From: Thermodesulfovibrionia bacterium
GTDB taxonomy: Bacteria; Nitrospirota; Thermodesulfovibrionia; UBA6902
Assembly (NCBI GenBank): GCA_030646035.1
Contig: JAUSMY010000030.1
Location: 46,434 to 110,433, forward strand
DNA: 64,000 nucleotides
Reading direction: 5' to 3'
Of this stretch, positions 18,951 to 28,699 are shown piece after piece. A program made the position numbers and the translations under genes. The number at the start of each line of letters is the position of its first letter. The first letter of the stretch is position 1. The notes below the pieces were generated by a model. The model was not told the origin of the DNA. It saw nothing but the letters and a program-made list of their open reading frames with translations, and made no database searches.

Positions 18951-19955
18951 ATGAGTCTTGTATCCGACATGCTGTCAAAAGTCAAAATCACCCCGCCCAT
19001 GAGGGAGACACCCCCGGGCTTAAAATCTGATATCAATCAAGCAAGAAGAAAAAAAGTAGACAAAAAATATAAGATAGCTCTTGTCTTAAGTGTAGTTGCC
19101 GCATTCATGATCATAGTCTCTGCTCTCTTGTTTAGGATTTATGTTATTAAAGCCGGCGAACCGATAGCAGATGACCTGAACAAACTTAAGAGCGAGCACA
19201 AATCCAGAACTAAAGACCAAAAAGCATCCGAGACCCTAAGTGAAAAGATTGAAGAAGCATTAAAGACCGTTCCTAAAAAGGATGAGAAGCCCATCATTGC
19301 TGATAAAAAAGACATAATTGTAAAAACCCCACCCCCGGACCTTCTTACTGCCGCGTTAAATGAAAGTGATAAGGGTGATAAAGAAGATTCCGGTACTTCA
19401 GAATCAGCCGATAAAAAACCAGCCGGACTTAAGGACAACAAAAAAGTCGATAAAGCAGAGATTCCGCCTGTTGAAGAAGAGAAAGAACCTGGTATTGGCT
19501 CAAAAGATACCTATCATTACCTCTATAAAGCCAGCAGAAGTGAAAAGGACAAGGATTATCTTGGCGCAATATCCATATACAATAAGATACTTGCGGTCGA
19601 GCCCACAAACTATATAGTCATGAACAAGATAGCTTCTCTTCTGATGAAGATGAACATGTGGAAAGAGTCAATGGATGAATTGCGGAAGAGTTATAAGATA
19701 AATAAGGATTACATCCCCACCCTGATAAATATCGGGATCGTATATGCAAATACAGAAAACTATTCAACAGCTGAAAAATATTTTCAAAAGGCCCTTAGCC
19801 TGGATCCTATAAATCAGGATGCCATCTTCAGCATAGCCGTGCTGTATGAAAAACAGAATATGGATGATAAAGCCGCTGAATATTATTCAAGGCTCAGGAA
19901 ACTGGGTGATACAAGAGGAAATACCGGCCTTGAAAGAATTCTTTCTTACAACTAA
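18951..19955 (+). CDS. membrane-anchored TPR-repeat protein with Lys/Glu/Asp-rich linker (MshN-like role possible)
   Basis: One TM segment (IALVLSVVAAFMIIVSALLF), a charged low-complexity linker, and C-terminal TPR-like repeats (AEKYFQKALSLDPINQDAIFSIAVLYEKQ). Convergent with the pilus assembly operon. Confidence 0.7.
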   Translation: MSLVSDMLSKVKITPPMRETPPGLKSDINQARRKKVDKKYKIALVLSVVAAFMIIVSALLFRIYVIKAGEPIADDLNKLKSEHKSRTKDQKASETLSEKIEEALKTVPKKDEKPIIADKKDIIVKTPPPDLLTAALNESDKGDKEDSGTSESADKKPAGLKDNKKVDKAEIPPVEEEKEPGIGSKDTYHYLYKASRSEKDKDYLGAISIYNKILAVEPTNYIVMNKIASLLMKMNMWKESMDELRKSYKINKDYIPTLINIGIVYANTENYSTAEKYFQKALSLDPINQDAIFSIAVLYEKQNMDDKAAEYYSRLRKLGDTRGNTGLERILSYN

Positions 19956-19964
19956 TAGAGATAA

Positions 19965-21443
19965 TTAAGGAAATAATCTAATCTCTTTAAGCTTCTCTTT
20001 AGCCTTTTCCGCACTTCTGGTATCAGGATATTTTTCGATCAGCCATTTTAAAACTTCTTCAGCCTTCTGTTTGTTATTCAGTTTTACAAAAGCAGAACTG
20101 GCCATAAGAAGGGCATCTGGGGCCTTTTTGCCTGAGTACTCTCTTACTACCTTGTTAAATTCTGATATCGCGCTATTGTAATCACCCTTTGCATAGTATG
20201 CCTCACCTGACCAGTATAGAACGTCCTCAGAAAGGGCATGCTTTGGATATAATTTCCGGAAATCCTTAAAGCTGCTTAATGCATCATCAAATTTTCCGGT
20301 CAGAAAAACTTCAAGTCCCTGCCGGTAAAGGTCTTCAGGACTGACATTTTTCCTGATAGTTATATCATTCTGCTGCCTGCTTGCAGTATTTGCCTTTTCA
20401 GACAATTCAACAGAGGGAAGCACATTGGTCTCTTTCTTAATATTCGGGGTATAGACTTCACCTGCCGTTGTGCTGGAAGACGATACCGCTTTATTAGCGA
20501 TGGCCGATGAAGGGACAGTAGTTGACGTTGTTACATCCGGAAGATAATAATAAACCGATGCTCCGACAAGTAGAAGTGCCATAACCGCTGCGAGCCCATA
20601 ATAAATTTTGGGGGAGAGATTAATTCCTGATCCTGATGAACCGTTATTCAAATGATTAATTGCATACTTTACATGCTTGGATGTTATAGTGCTGCTCTCC
20701 TCAAGAAATGCGGACATTATGGCCCTTGATGAAACAAGGTTTATCTTCCGGGGAATTCCCTGTGAGTAAGCAAAGATAGGTTTTTTAAGGCCTTTGTCAA
20801 GCTTCAGAAAGCCCTTACCCGCTTTGATAAGCCTGTAATTTATATATTCAAGCATCTCATCACTATCGAGCGGCTTTAATTTCATGCTTACGGTTATCCT
20901 CTGCCTCAGCTGCCTGAAACTATCCTCATTCAGCATTTCATCAAGCTCCGGCTGTCCAACAAGGAGTATCTGCAATAGCTTCTCCTTCTCGGTCTCGAGG
21001 TTTGAAAGCAGCCTCAGTTCTTCAACCGTGTCGGCAGGAAGACTCTGTGCTTCATCAACTATGATTATTACCGGTATCTTTTCATACGACTTTTGGAGCA
21101 GGAAATCCCTGAACACCTTTAGTATTTCAGACTTGCCCTTGTTATCATATTTGATCTTCAGGTCATCAAGCACAGAAACGATGAACTCCTCGGGAGAGAG
21201 ACGCGGCGTAAGTATAAGCGCTATCTCAGCATTATCCTTCCACTTCTCGATAAAGATCTTTATAAGGGTGGTCTTGCCGGTGCCGGGCTCGCCTGTAATA
21301 AGACAGAAACCCTCTCTCTGCTCAATAACATAGTCGAGTGACTGCAGCGCTTCCTTATGGCACTCGGATGAGAAGAAGTAACCGGGGTCAGGGGTTAACT
21401 TGAAAGGATCCTCTTTTAATCCGAAAAACTTGAGAATATCCAT
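19965..21443 (-). CDS. ExeA/GspA/MshM-like AAA ATPase fused to a TM segment and a C-terminal TPR (YbgF-like) domain
   Basis: N-terminus FGLKEDPFKLTPDPGYFF ... ITGEPGTGKTTLI ... IIVDEAQ is typical of the ExeA family. TM segment YYGLAAVMALLLVGASVYYYL. C-terminal TPR motifs (YWSGEAYYAKGDYNSAISEF). Confidence 0.8.
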   Translation of the reverse strand: MDILKFFGLKEDPFKLTPDPGYFFSSECHKEALQSLDYVIEQREGFCLITGEPGTGKTTLIKIFIEKWKDNAEIALILTPRLSPEEFIVSVLDDLKIKYDNKGKSEILKVFRDFLLQKSYEKIPVIIIVDEAQSLPADTVEELRLLSNLETEKEKLLQILLVGQPELDEMLNEDSFRQLRQRITVSMKLKPLDSDEMLEYINYRLIKAGKGFLKLDKGLKKPIFAYSQGIPRKINLVSSRAIMSAFLEESSTITSKHVKYAINHLNNGSSGSGINLSPKIYYGLAAVMALLLVGASVYYYLPDVTTSTTVPSSAIANKAVSSSSTTAGEVYTPNIKKETNVLPSVELSEKANTASRQQNDITIRKNVSPEDLYRQGLEVFLTGKFDDALSSFKDFRKLYPKHALSEDVLYWSGEAYYAKGDYNSAISEFNKVVREYSGKKAPDALLMASSAFVKLNNKQKAEEVLKWLIEKYPDTRSAEKAKEKLKEIRLFP

Positions 21444-22660
21444 TACGCGTTGATCTCTGCGATAAGGTCGTATATAGGAAGCATAAGCCCGATGATAATA
21501 ACACCAAACATTAAGCCGATTACTCCTATAACTATGGGCTCGATCATCTTGGACATGTTAGCTGATACCTTATGAAGCTTCTTTAGATAATAATCCGAGA
21601 CATAGCCATACTGCTCATCAAGATTTCCACTTGCCTCTCCTATATCTACCATTCTGGTTACGAGAGGAGGGAATATCCATTGCTTTCTCATCGCATCCGA
21701 TATCCTGCTGCCTGTAGTAATATCCTCTCTCTCGATCTCTATAGCGCGTTTAAATACGTCATTTTCCATAAGATCACCGACAATCTCCAAAGCCCTGTCG
21801 ATTGTAATACCCGCAACGGTAAGGATTCTCATCTGCTCAGCATAAAGCGCAAGAAGTTTATTGTAAACAACGAGTTTTACAATAGGCGTCTTAAGCAAGG
21901 CAAGGTCAATGTAGTACCTGGTCTTCGGGAACTTCCTGAGCGTCTTATATGTGAAGATAATGGATATAGGGAATAGGAAGATCGGATATTTATATGCCTG
22001 AACAAACTCGCTTGTATACAAAAGTCCCCTGGTAATAGGCGGGAGTGTGACCTGCATGCTCTTGAAGACATCCATTATCTTGGGCAGAACATACAGCATC
22101 CAGAACATCATGGCGCCGAAGGTCGTTACTAACGCAAATGTCGGGTATATAAGCGCCCCCTTTATGGCTCCGGCAAGGTCCTCCATCCTCTGCAGATGGA
22201 TAGCTACATCCTCAAGGCTCTGGTCAAGACGGCCGGTCTCCTCGCCTATCATGGACAGGTGACGGAAAATATCAGGGAATATGTCGTTGTGTTTTGTTAC
22301 AGCATTGGAGAAACTGGAGCCGTGCTCAAGCATCTCAGCCATATTATCTATCTTGCTCTGGAAATACTTGTTCTCCATGCCCTCGGCGATACTGCTTAAT
22401 CCGGACATAATGGGAACACCGGCCCTGAGCATGACTGACATGTTATTGGCAAACTCGATAACATCTTCCCGCTTGATCTTCTCCCGCCTGGCAAGAAGAC
22501 CTTTGAGAGCTACAACATACTCGCTGGTCTGGTTGATATTCAGCAGATGCAGCCCTGCAGCGGATATGCTCTCAATGGCAGCCTGAAGGTTGATCTCTTC
22601 GATCATGCCCTTGATTACAGTGCCTTCCTGATCAATTGCTTTATACGAATATATCGGCAT
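21443..22660 (-). CDS. type II secretion / type IV pilus platform protein (GspF/PilC/MshG family)
   Basis: 405 aa, duplicated T2SSF-type architecture with three TM segments. Sits directly downstream of GspE-type ATPases. Confidence 0.85.
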   Translation of the reverse strand: MPIYSYKAIDQEGTVIKGMIEEINLQAAIESISAAGLHLLNINQTSEYVVALKGLLARREKIKREDVIEFANNMSVMLRAGVPIMSGLSSIAEGMENKYFQSKIDNMAEMLEHGSSFSNAVTKHNDIFPDIFRHLSMIGEETGRLDQSLEDVAIHLQRMEDLAGAIKGALIYPTFALVTTFGAMMFWMLYVLPKIMDVFKSMQVTLPPITRGLLYTSEFVQAYKYPIFLFPISIIFTYKTLRKFPKTRYYIDLALLKTPIVKLVVYNKLLALYAEQMRILTVAGITIDRALEIVGDLMENDVFKRAIEIEREDITTGSRISDAMRKQWIFPPLVTRMVDIGEASGNLDEQYGYVSDYYLKKLHKVSANMSKMIEPIVIGVIGLMFGVIIIGLMLPIYDLIAEINA

Positions 22661-24306
22661 TATCCCGCGACCCTCAAGATTTCCTCAAATGTAGTTATCC
22701 CGCTTATGGCCTTTTGTATCCCGTTGATCCTCATGGTCTTCATCCCGTTTTTAAGCGCCGCATCAAGCATCGAGTTTGCAGATGCGCCTGTATAAATAAG
22801 TTCTTTTATATGGTCATCTACGATAAATATCTCACCTACAGTAGTCCTGCCCAGATAACCCGTACCGCTGCAATCGGTACAGCCTGTTCCTTTGTAAACG
22901 GTCTTAACATCATCATAACCTATAAAACCCATTTCTTCCAACTCACCGGGTTTAAGTTGATACTCGACCTTGCATTTTGAGCATATCTTTCTTACAAGCC
23001 TCTGGCCTATTACCGCAAGTAGCGCCGAAGAGAGCAGGAAGCGGTCAACATTAAAATTAACCAGCCTCGGAATGGTGCTGACCGCGTCATTTGTATGCAA
23101 CGTGCTCAAAACAAGATGGCCGGTTATTGATGCCCTGAGCGCAATAGTGGCGGTCTCTTCATCCCTTATCTCACCAAGCAATATCACATCAGGATCCTGA
23201 CGCATAAAAGTCCTGCCTGCCGCTTCAAAACTGTAACCTGCCTTATCATTGACGCTGGTCTGCTTGACCATGCTCAGCCTGTATTCCACCGGGTCCTCTA
23301 CAGTAAGCACATTCTTCTCTATCAGGTCTATCTCCCTTAAAGCGGCATACAGCGTAGTGGTCTTACCGCTGCCGGTTGCCCCGCATATAAGCACCATTCC
23401 ATAAGGCTTTAAAAACAAGCGCCTCAGCTTATCCGTGTCTTCTTTATCAAAACCAAGTGAAGACAACCTGAGTATCGCGCCGCCGCTGCCCAGTATCCTT
23501 ATGACAAGGTTTTCGCCGTAAATCGTAGGCATTGTAGAAACACGCATATCATATCTTGAGTTAAGGAAGGTGAATGAGAAAGAGCCGTCCTGCGGCACCC
23601 TTGTTTCAGCTATATCAAGCTTAGACAATATCTTTATCCTGGAAATAATGCCGTTATGCACAATTTTAGGCAGGCAGTGCGCCTGCTGAAGAACACCGTC
23701 TATACGAAAAAAGACATGCACGGTTTCAGGAGTAGGAGTTACATGGATATCAGTACATTTTCTTCTGATGGCATCTTTAACCAGAAAGTCAGTAAGCTGA
23801 GACACCTTGGTGCCTGTAAGTTCACCTGTCTTAACACTCTCGACGATCTTTTCAATGCCCTCAAGAATGGGGTTTTCAAGAAAATAAAATGCCTTCTCAA
23901 GTGTCGCCTCCACTATAGAGCCGTCAACCATCAATATCTTAGGAGGGTTTCCCGTGATTCTTGTAGCTGCGTCAACAGCACGCAAATTCTCAGAAGCTGT
24001 GATGCCTATAGTTATCACACCATCCTCAACCTTGAGAGGCACAAAGCCGATCTTTGAGGCAAGGTCTCGGGGCACAAGGCGTAATACATCCTCAGGTATA
24101 TTGTATTGGGTAAGGTCCAGGAACGTCATTCCGGCCTGTTCAGCAAGGGTCTGGGTAATATCTTTTGAAGAGACAAAGCTCAGCTTTACGAGTATAAGAC
24201 CGATCAGATGGCCGGTTATAGACTGTTCTGCCAGTGCTATCTTTATATGTGATTCTTTAACGAGACCTTTCTGCTGTAAAAGTTCTCCAAGTCTTAATGG
24301 CGGCAT
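22660..24306 (-). CDS. GspE/PilB/MshE-family assembly ATPase, paralog 1, with MshEN-type N-terminal domain
   Basis: Walker A GATGSGKTTTLYA. Tetracysteine motif CSKC...CTDCSGTGYLGR. N-terminus RLGELLQQKGLVKESHIKIALAEQ matches the MshEN c-di-GMP-binding motif. Confidence 0.9.
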   Translation of the reverse strand: MPPLRLGELLQQKGLVKESHIKIALAEQSITGHLIGLILVKLSFVSSKDITQTLAEQAGMTFLDLTQYNIPEDVLRLVPRDLASKIGFVPLKVEDGVITIGITASENLRAVDAATRITGNPPKILMVDGSIVEATLEKAFYFLENPILEGIEKIVESVKTGELTGTKVSQLTDFLVKDAIRRKCTDIHVTPTPETVHVFFRIDGVLQQAHCLPKIVHNGIISRIKILSKLDIAETRVPQDGSFSFTFLNSRYDMRVSTMPTIYGENLVIRILGSGGAILRLSSLGFDKEDTDKLRRLFLKPYGMVLICGATGSGKTTTLYAALREIDLIEKNVLTVEDPVEYRLSMVKQTSVNDKAGYSFEAAGRTFMRQDPDVILLGEIRDEETATIALRASITGHLVLSTLHTNDAVSTIPRLVNFNVDRFLLSSALLAVIGQRLVRKICSKCKVEYQLKPGELEEMGFIGYDDVKTVYKGTGCTDCSGTGYLGRTTVGEIFIVDDHIKELIYTGASANSMLDAALKNGMKTMRINGIQKAISGITTFEEILRVAG

Positions 24307-24406
24307 ATTATCCTTAGGCTTTTAGAAGAAATAATAAATTCTGATGATATTGAAAACAGCTTGTCTGATTTCAAAAAAAGAAAAAAACATCCCATCTTAC
24401 TTTCGG

Positions 24407-26059
24407 CTAACCTGTGACCCTTAATACCTCTTCAAGAGTGGTTATACCTTCAAGAGCTTTCTTTATGCCGTTCTGTCTGATAGTCTTCATGCCTTTTCCA
24501 ACGGCCGCCTCTCTGAATGAGCTTATACTTGCGCTTGATGATATCAGTTCCCTGATATCATCATCAACCACAAGTATCTCGCCTATAGCCGTCCTTCCGA
24601 TATAGCCTGTACCGTTACATACCGGACAGCCCCTGCCTCTGTAAGTTTTTCTTACACTGCCCTCAAGGTCAGGGAAGCCCATATTTGTAAGTTCTCTGGG
24701 CTCAAAGATATGCTCTTCCTTGCAGTTCAGGCAAATCTTCCTCACAAGCCTCTGGCCTACAATCGCCAACAGGGAAGTAGCTATTGCAAATCGTTCAATA
24801 TTGAAATTAACAAGCCTTGGTATAGCGCTGGCTGCATCATCAGTATGAAGAGTGCTCAATACCAGATGTCCTGTGACAGAGGCTCCCAAAACTATCCTGG
24901 CATTTTCATCATCAGTTATCTCGCCAACAAGTATAACATCAGGGTCATGCCTCATAAAACTCTTTCCGGCTATAGAAAAAGTGTATCCGACTTTATCAGA
25001 TACCCCTGTCTGTTTTATCATACTCAGCCTGGACTCGACCGGGTCTTCAACAGTTATAACACTCTTCTCTATTAAATCAATGTCCCTTAGAGCCGCAAAG
25101 AGCGTTGTGGTCTTGCCGGCTCCTGTGGGTCCGACTATCAATATCATCCCGCTTGGTTTTGAGAAGAGGTGTTTTATTAAATTTACATCTTCTTCATCAA
25201 AACCAAGATTGCGTGTCCTGAACAGAGAGGATGAACTGCCTATGATCTTAATAACAATATCCTCACCGTTTATCGTGGGAAGTGTTGATACACGCATCTC
25301 ATAGGCCCTTTTAAGAAAAGCAAAAGAGAAAACACCGTCCTGGGGCATCCGCTGCTCTGCAATATCAAGTTTTGAGAGCACCTTTATTCTGGATACTATC
25401 CCTATAAGCAGGTTCTTCGGCAGACAATGTCCCTGATAGAGAACCCCGTCTATACGGTAATTTACATGGAGTGTCTTTGAAGTAGGAGAAAAGTGAATAT
25501 CGCTGGCATTTCTCCGTATAGCATCCTGGAGAAGATAGTCACAAAGAGATGCTATATTCGGACCCGCAGGAAGAGCCTCATTTTTAAATATATTAATCAG
25601 CCTTTCTATGCCCTGAAGTATCGGGTTATCAAGAAAGTAATATGCTTTTTCAAGTGTCTCCTGAAAGAGGTCCGTGTCCACCAAATAGACCTTTGGCGGT
25701 TTGTTGCCGATCTTTGCAGCCTGGTCAATAGCCCGCAGGTTCTCTGCATTAGTGATCCCTATCGTAAGAAGGCCATCTTCTATATTAAGAGGGAGAAAGC
25801 CCATATTTTGAGACATATCGCGAGATATGACACGCAGAACCTTCTCAGGTATGTTGTATCCTGTAATATCAAGAAAAGGGATGCCCGCCTGCTCGGCAAG
25901 GCATCGGGCTATATCTGAAGAAGAAACAAATCCGAGCCCTATGATAGCCTCTCCTAGCCGCTCGCCTGTTATAGCCTGCTCGGCTAAAGCTATCTTGAAC
26001 TGAGAGTCTTTTAGAAGGCCTTTCTGCTGTAATAGTTCACCAAGTTTTAATGGAGGCAT
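24407..26059 (-). CDS. GspE/PilB/MshE-family assembly ATPase, paralog 2, with MshEN-type N-terminal domain
   Basis: Collinear with paralog 1 over its full length. Walker A GPTGAGKTTTLFA. Tetracysteine motif CLNC...CPVCNGTGYIGR. Both N-terminal motifs look intact (KLGELLQQKGLL...ALAEQ and RLGEAIIGLGFV...LAEQ). Confidence 0.9.
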   Translation of the reverse strand: MPPLKLGELLQQKGLLKDSQFKIALAEQAITGERLGEAIIGLGFVSSSDIARCLAEQAGIPFLDITGYNIPEKVLRVISRDMSQNMGFLPLNIEDGLLTIGITNAENLRAIDQAAKIGNKPPKVYLVDTDLFQETLEKAYYFLDNPILQGIERLINIFKNEALPAGPNIASLCDYLLQDAIRRNASDIHFSPTSKTLHVNYRIDGVLYQGHCLPKNLLIGIVSRIKVLSKLDIAEQRMPQDGVFSFAFLKRAYEMRVSTLPTINGEDIVIKIIGSSSSLFRTRNLGFDEEDVNLIKHLFSKPSGMILIVGPTGAGKTTTLFAALRDIDLIEKSVITVEDPVESRLSMIKQTGVSDKVGYTFSIAGKSFMRHDPDVILVGEITDDENARIVLGASVTGHLVLSTLHTDDAASAIPRLVNFNIERFAIATSLLAIVGQRLVRKICLNCKEEHIFEPRELTNMGFPDLEGSVRKTYRGRGCPVCNGTGYIGRTAIGEILVVDDDIRELISSSASISSFREAAVGKGMKTIRQNGIKKALEGITTLEEVLRVTG

Positions 26060-26071
26060 ATTATAGTCGTT

Positions 26072-27664
26072 TTATAAACCTACCTTATCCACAGTCGCTT
26101 TAAGAAGTATCACAAGTTCCTTGCTCTGATGGGTCTTTGCATGCTGTTTAAATAAATAGCCTAAATAAGGGATATCTCCGAGAAATGGCACCTGCTTATC
26201 CTCCACGCCCTCGGTTTTATCTATATGCCCGCCGAGCACTATCATCTCGCCATCCCTGACCTTGACAACTGTGCTCAGCTCCTTAAGGTCGATAATTGGT
26301 AAAGATATTGAATATCCAGTCTTAGTCACATCGCCAAAAGGATGTTCTTTTAAATCTACAAGATCTGAAACTATCGGAGTTATAGTCAATGTCACCTCAC
26401 CATTCTCATTGATATTAGGGACTATTCCGAGCATAACACCGGAGAGCACACTCTTTGTCGTTACATCATAAGTCGTTGCAGGATTGGGATTATCAGTGGT
26501 AGCTTGTTCTACGGTTGAATCAACTTCACTGACATAATCGGTCTTCCTTCCGACATTCAGAAGGGCTGTCTGTCCATTCATTATGCCAAGCCTCGGATTT
26601 GAGAGCACTGTTGTATCACCCTGCTCATCAAGTGCGCTTATAATAGCTGAGAAATCATTTCCTAATGTAGCGACAAAGAAACCAGTATCTTGAACTGCCG
26701 TATTTATACCAAAATCTAAAGGATCTATTGTGCCAGAAACCAATTGGTTATCTTGGTTTATGGAACCTGCAACAACCTGACCGACTCCCTTAAAGTTATC
26801 AAGAAATGCCCAGTTAATCCCGTATTTAAGATTATCCGTTAAGGTAACCTCCACTATCCTTGCCTCAACAAGAACACGCCTGCTCAGGACCTCTCTGAGC
26901 TTAGTGAGATAATTATCGACCTTTATCATATTCTTCTTTGTGGCTGTTACAAGTATCGTCCCTGACATTCTATTTATATCGATAGTTCCGGTGCCGACAA
27001 CACCTTTAAGAGTTGCCTCCAGAGAGTCCCATAGGTTTAATGATGCACTGTCCGCCTTGATACTTTGTTTAACACCGCCCTTTATATTACTTATGTCATC
27101 GGTCGCGCCGAAGAGGTCGCCGCCAACATCTGATGAATATTCCTGTGCGATACTGGGATGGCCGAATTCAAACATCCTTGTAGCCATAACTCTCACTATG
27201 AGAACATTCCCTTCAAGATCATAAAAATAATCAATTGATGAGAAGATGATATCAAGAGCCTCATCAGCGGCAACTTCCTTCAGTGTTATGGTCATAGGCA
27301 GTTCAGGGTTTACGCCGGTCTCCATAATGATATTCAGCCCGGTGTTTTCACCAACTGCGAAGAGAACATCTTTAAGCGGCGCATTTCTTACTGAAATGGA
27401 AATAATTCTCGTCTTAAGCGGTAAAAGTTCCTCAGTAACCGGGGTGAATGCAAGGCTTGATCTTGAGATTTTGTTCTCAAACTTTATTGTGTCAGCCTTT
27501 TCAGCACGCACTTCAGGGACTTCTGAAACAATAACGTCTGCTCCTTCATCAGATAACACATTATTCTGCAATGCCGATGCCTCAACAGCAAAGACTAATA
27601 AAAACAATGTCAAAAACATGGAAAAAAGCCGGTACATAATTTTCACCCTTTTTATTGTTTTCAT
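26072..27664 (-). CDS. secretin (GspD/PilQ/MshL family)
   Basis: C-terminal secretin core motifs are present (VLSNPRLGIMNGQTA, VPFLGDIPYLGYLFK). Signal peptide present. The start at 27664 forms an ATGA overlap with the upstream stop codon. Confidence 0.85.
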   Translation of the reverse strand: MKTIKRVKIMYRLFSMFLTLFLLVFAVEASALQNNVLSDEGADVIVSEVPEVRAEKADTIKFENKISRSSLAFTPVTEELLPLKTRIISISVRNAPLKDVLFAVGENTGLNIIMETGVNPELPMTITLKEVAADEALDIIFSSIDYFYDLEGNVLIVRVMATRMFEFGHPSIAQEYSSDVGGDLFGATDDISNIKGGVKQSIKADSASLNLWDSLEATLKGVVGTGTIDINRMSGTILVTATKKNMIKVDNYLTKLREVLSRRVLVEARIVEVTLTDNLKYGINWAFLDNFKGVGQVVAGSINQDNQLVSGTIDPLDFGINTAVQDTGFFVATLGNDFSAIISALDEQGDTTVLSNPRLGIMNGQTALLNVGRKTDYVSEVDSTVEQATTDNPNPATTYDVTTKSVLSGVMLGIVPNINENGEVTLTITPIVSDLVDLKEHPFGDVTKTGYSISLPIIDLKELSTVVKVRDGEMIVLGGHIDKTEGVEDKQVPFLGDIPYLGYLFKQHAKTHQSKELVILLKATVDKVGL

Positions 27665-28143
27665 AGTAGATTTACCCATTTTGTCCCCTTAGTATTAGTC
27701 TTGGTTTTGCCCTTCTCCCCAGGTGATAAAGCATATTCAACTAAGATCCTTGCGGGCTCGATCTGAATTATTGTTTGATTGGCGACAGTACTACCTTCTC
27801 TTACAACCTCGCCGTTTACAATTGCCATGTTCCCCTTATCACTGACAATGATCATCGTAACAATAAGCTGAACCTGCTCCGGCACCTTCTTCTTGTCCGC
27901 TTCAGATGGACCAGCTTCCCTGTAACCCATGACTTTCTCGATCAATGTGGGCATCTCCAAAGTCTTGTCTGTAACTTCCTTTCTTTCAGGAAGGCTCACA
28001 TTTTTGACCTCAAACCCGAGTATCTCCTTCTCTTCAGGAGTCATCTTATGTTCAACATTAATATTATACGCAGCATAACCCGCGGCAATTATTAAAATGA
28101 AAGGCAAAAGAGCCAGAAGCTTTAATTTCAAGGTGAATCCCAT
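27661..28143 (-). CDS. single-pass membrane protein, PilP/MshK-position accessory protein
   Basis: N-terminal TM segment (LKLLALLPFILIIAAGYAAY) and a small beta-rich C-terminal region. Sits between the PilO-like gene and the secretin. ATG 28143 has a GGGAG SD. The call rests on position only. Confidence 0.5.
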   Translation of the reverse strand: MGFTLKLKLLALLPFILIIAAGYAAYNINVEHKMTPEEKEILGFEVKNVSLPERKEVTDKTLEMPTLIEKVMGYREAGPSEADKKKVPEQVQLIVTMIIVSDKGNMAIVNGEVVREGSTVANQTIIQIEPARILVEYALSPGEKGKTKTNTKGTKWVNLL

Positions 28144-28144
28144 A

Positions 28145-28699
28145 TTATTCACTCCCACCCGAACGCTGACTTAACCTTCCGGCAGGCAGCCTAATCGAAC
28201 CTTTAATATTGCAGGTTATCTCAGAGTTGTCTTTTGATCTCGCGACCTCTATGCCGTCAAAAATAAAATAAGGAAACTTTAAGGACTGGATATACGCTAT
28301 GCTCTCTGTCATGACCGTATAGTCATCGACAGGAAAATGGATCTCCAAAGGCATGGAAATTTCACCGCCTTCTTCCTTGAAGTCATCTATCTTCACCTCT
28401 GCATATTTCAGTTTGGATTTTATATTGCCGATCGAGAGAAGAATAAATTCACGGTTCGTCTTGGAATAATAGTCTGCAGGTATCATTGCGTCTATCTGGG
28501 CCATGACCTTTTCAAGGTCAGCCACAGAGTCACTCATCTTCTTATAGTTTTCCTTTTGCTTCTCAAACAGTTTTACAGTCCCCACAAGGCTCTCACCATA
28601 TCTGCCGCCGAATATGATCACGAAAAGAATAACGGCGAATACTATTCCTCCGATGAGATGGCGCATTACCGCCTTTTTTAATTCATTATAAAACATCAT
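28145..28699 (-). CDS. single-pass membrane protein, PilO/MshJ-like
   Basis: N-terminal TM segment followed by coiled coil (KLFEKQKENYKKMSDSVADLEKVMAQ) and then an alpha/beta domain. ATGA overlap with the upstream gene. Confidence 0.55.
   Translation of the reverse strand: MMFYNELKKAVMRHLIGGIVFAVILFVIIFGGRYGESLVGTVKLFEKQKENYKKMSDSVADLEKVMAQIDAMIPADYYSKTNREFILLSIGNIKSKLKYAEVKIDDFKEEGGEISMPLEIHFPVDDYTVMTESIAYIQSLKFPYFIFDGIEVARSKDNSEITCNIKGSIRLPAGRLSQRSGGSE

Noticed and set aside
19965-20400. Interpreting the C-terminal TPR region of the ExeA-like protein as the Tol-Pal protein YbgF/CpoB.
   Set aside because: It is fused to an ExeA-type ATPase within a pilus operon, and no tol or pal genes are nearby. 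The similarity is only at the generic TPR level.
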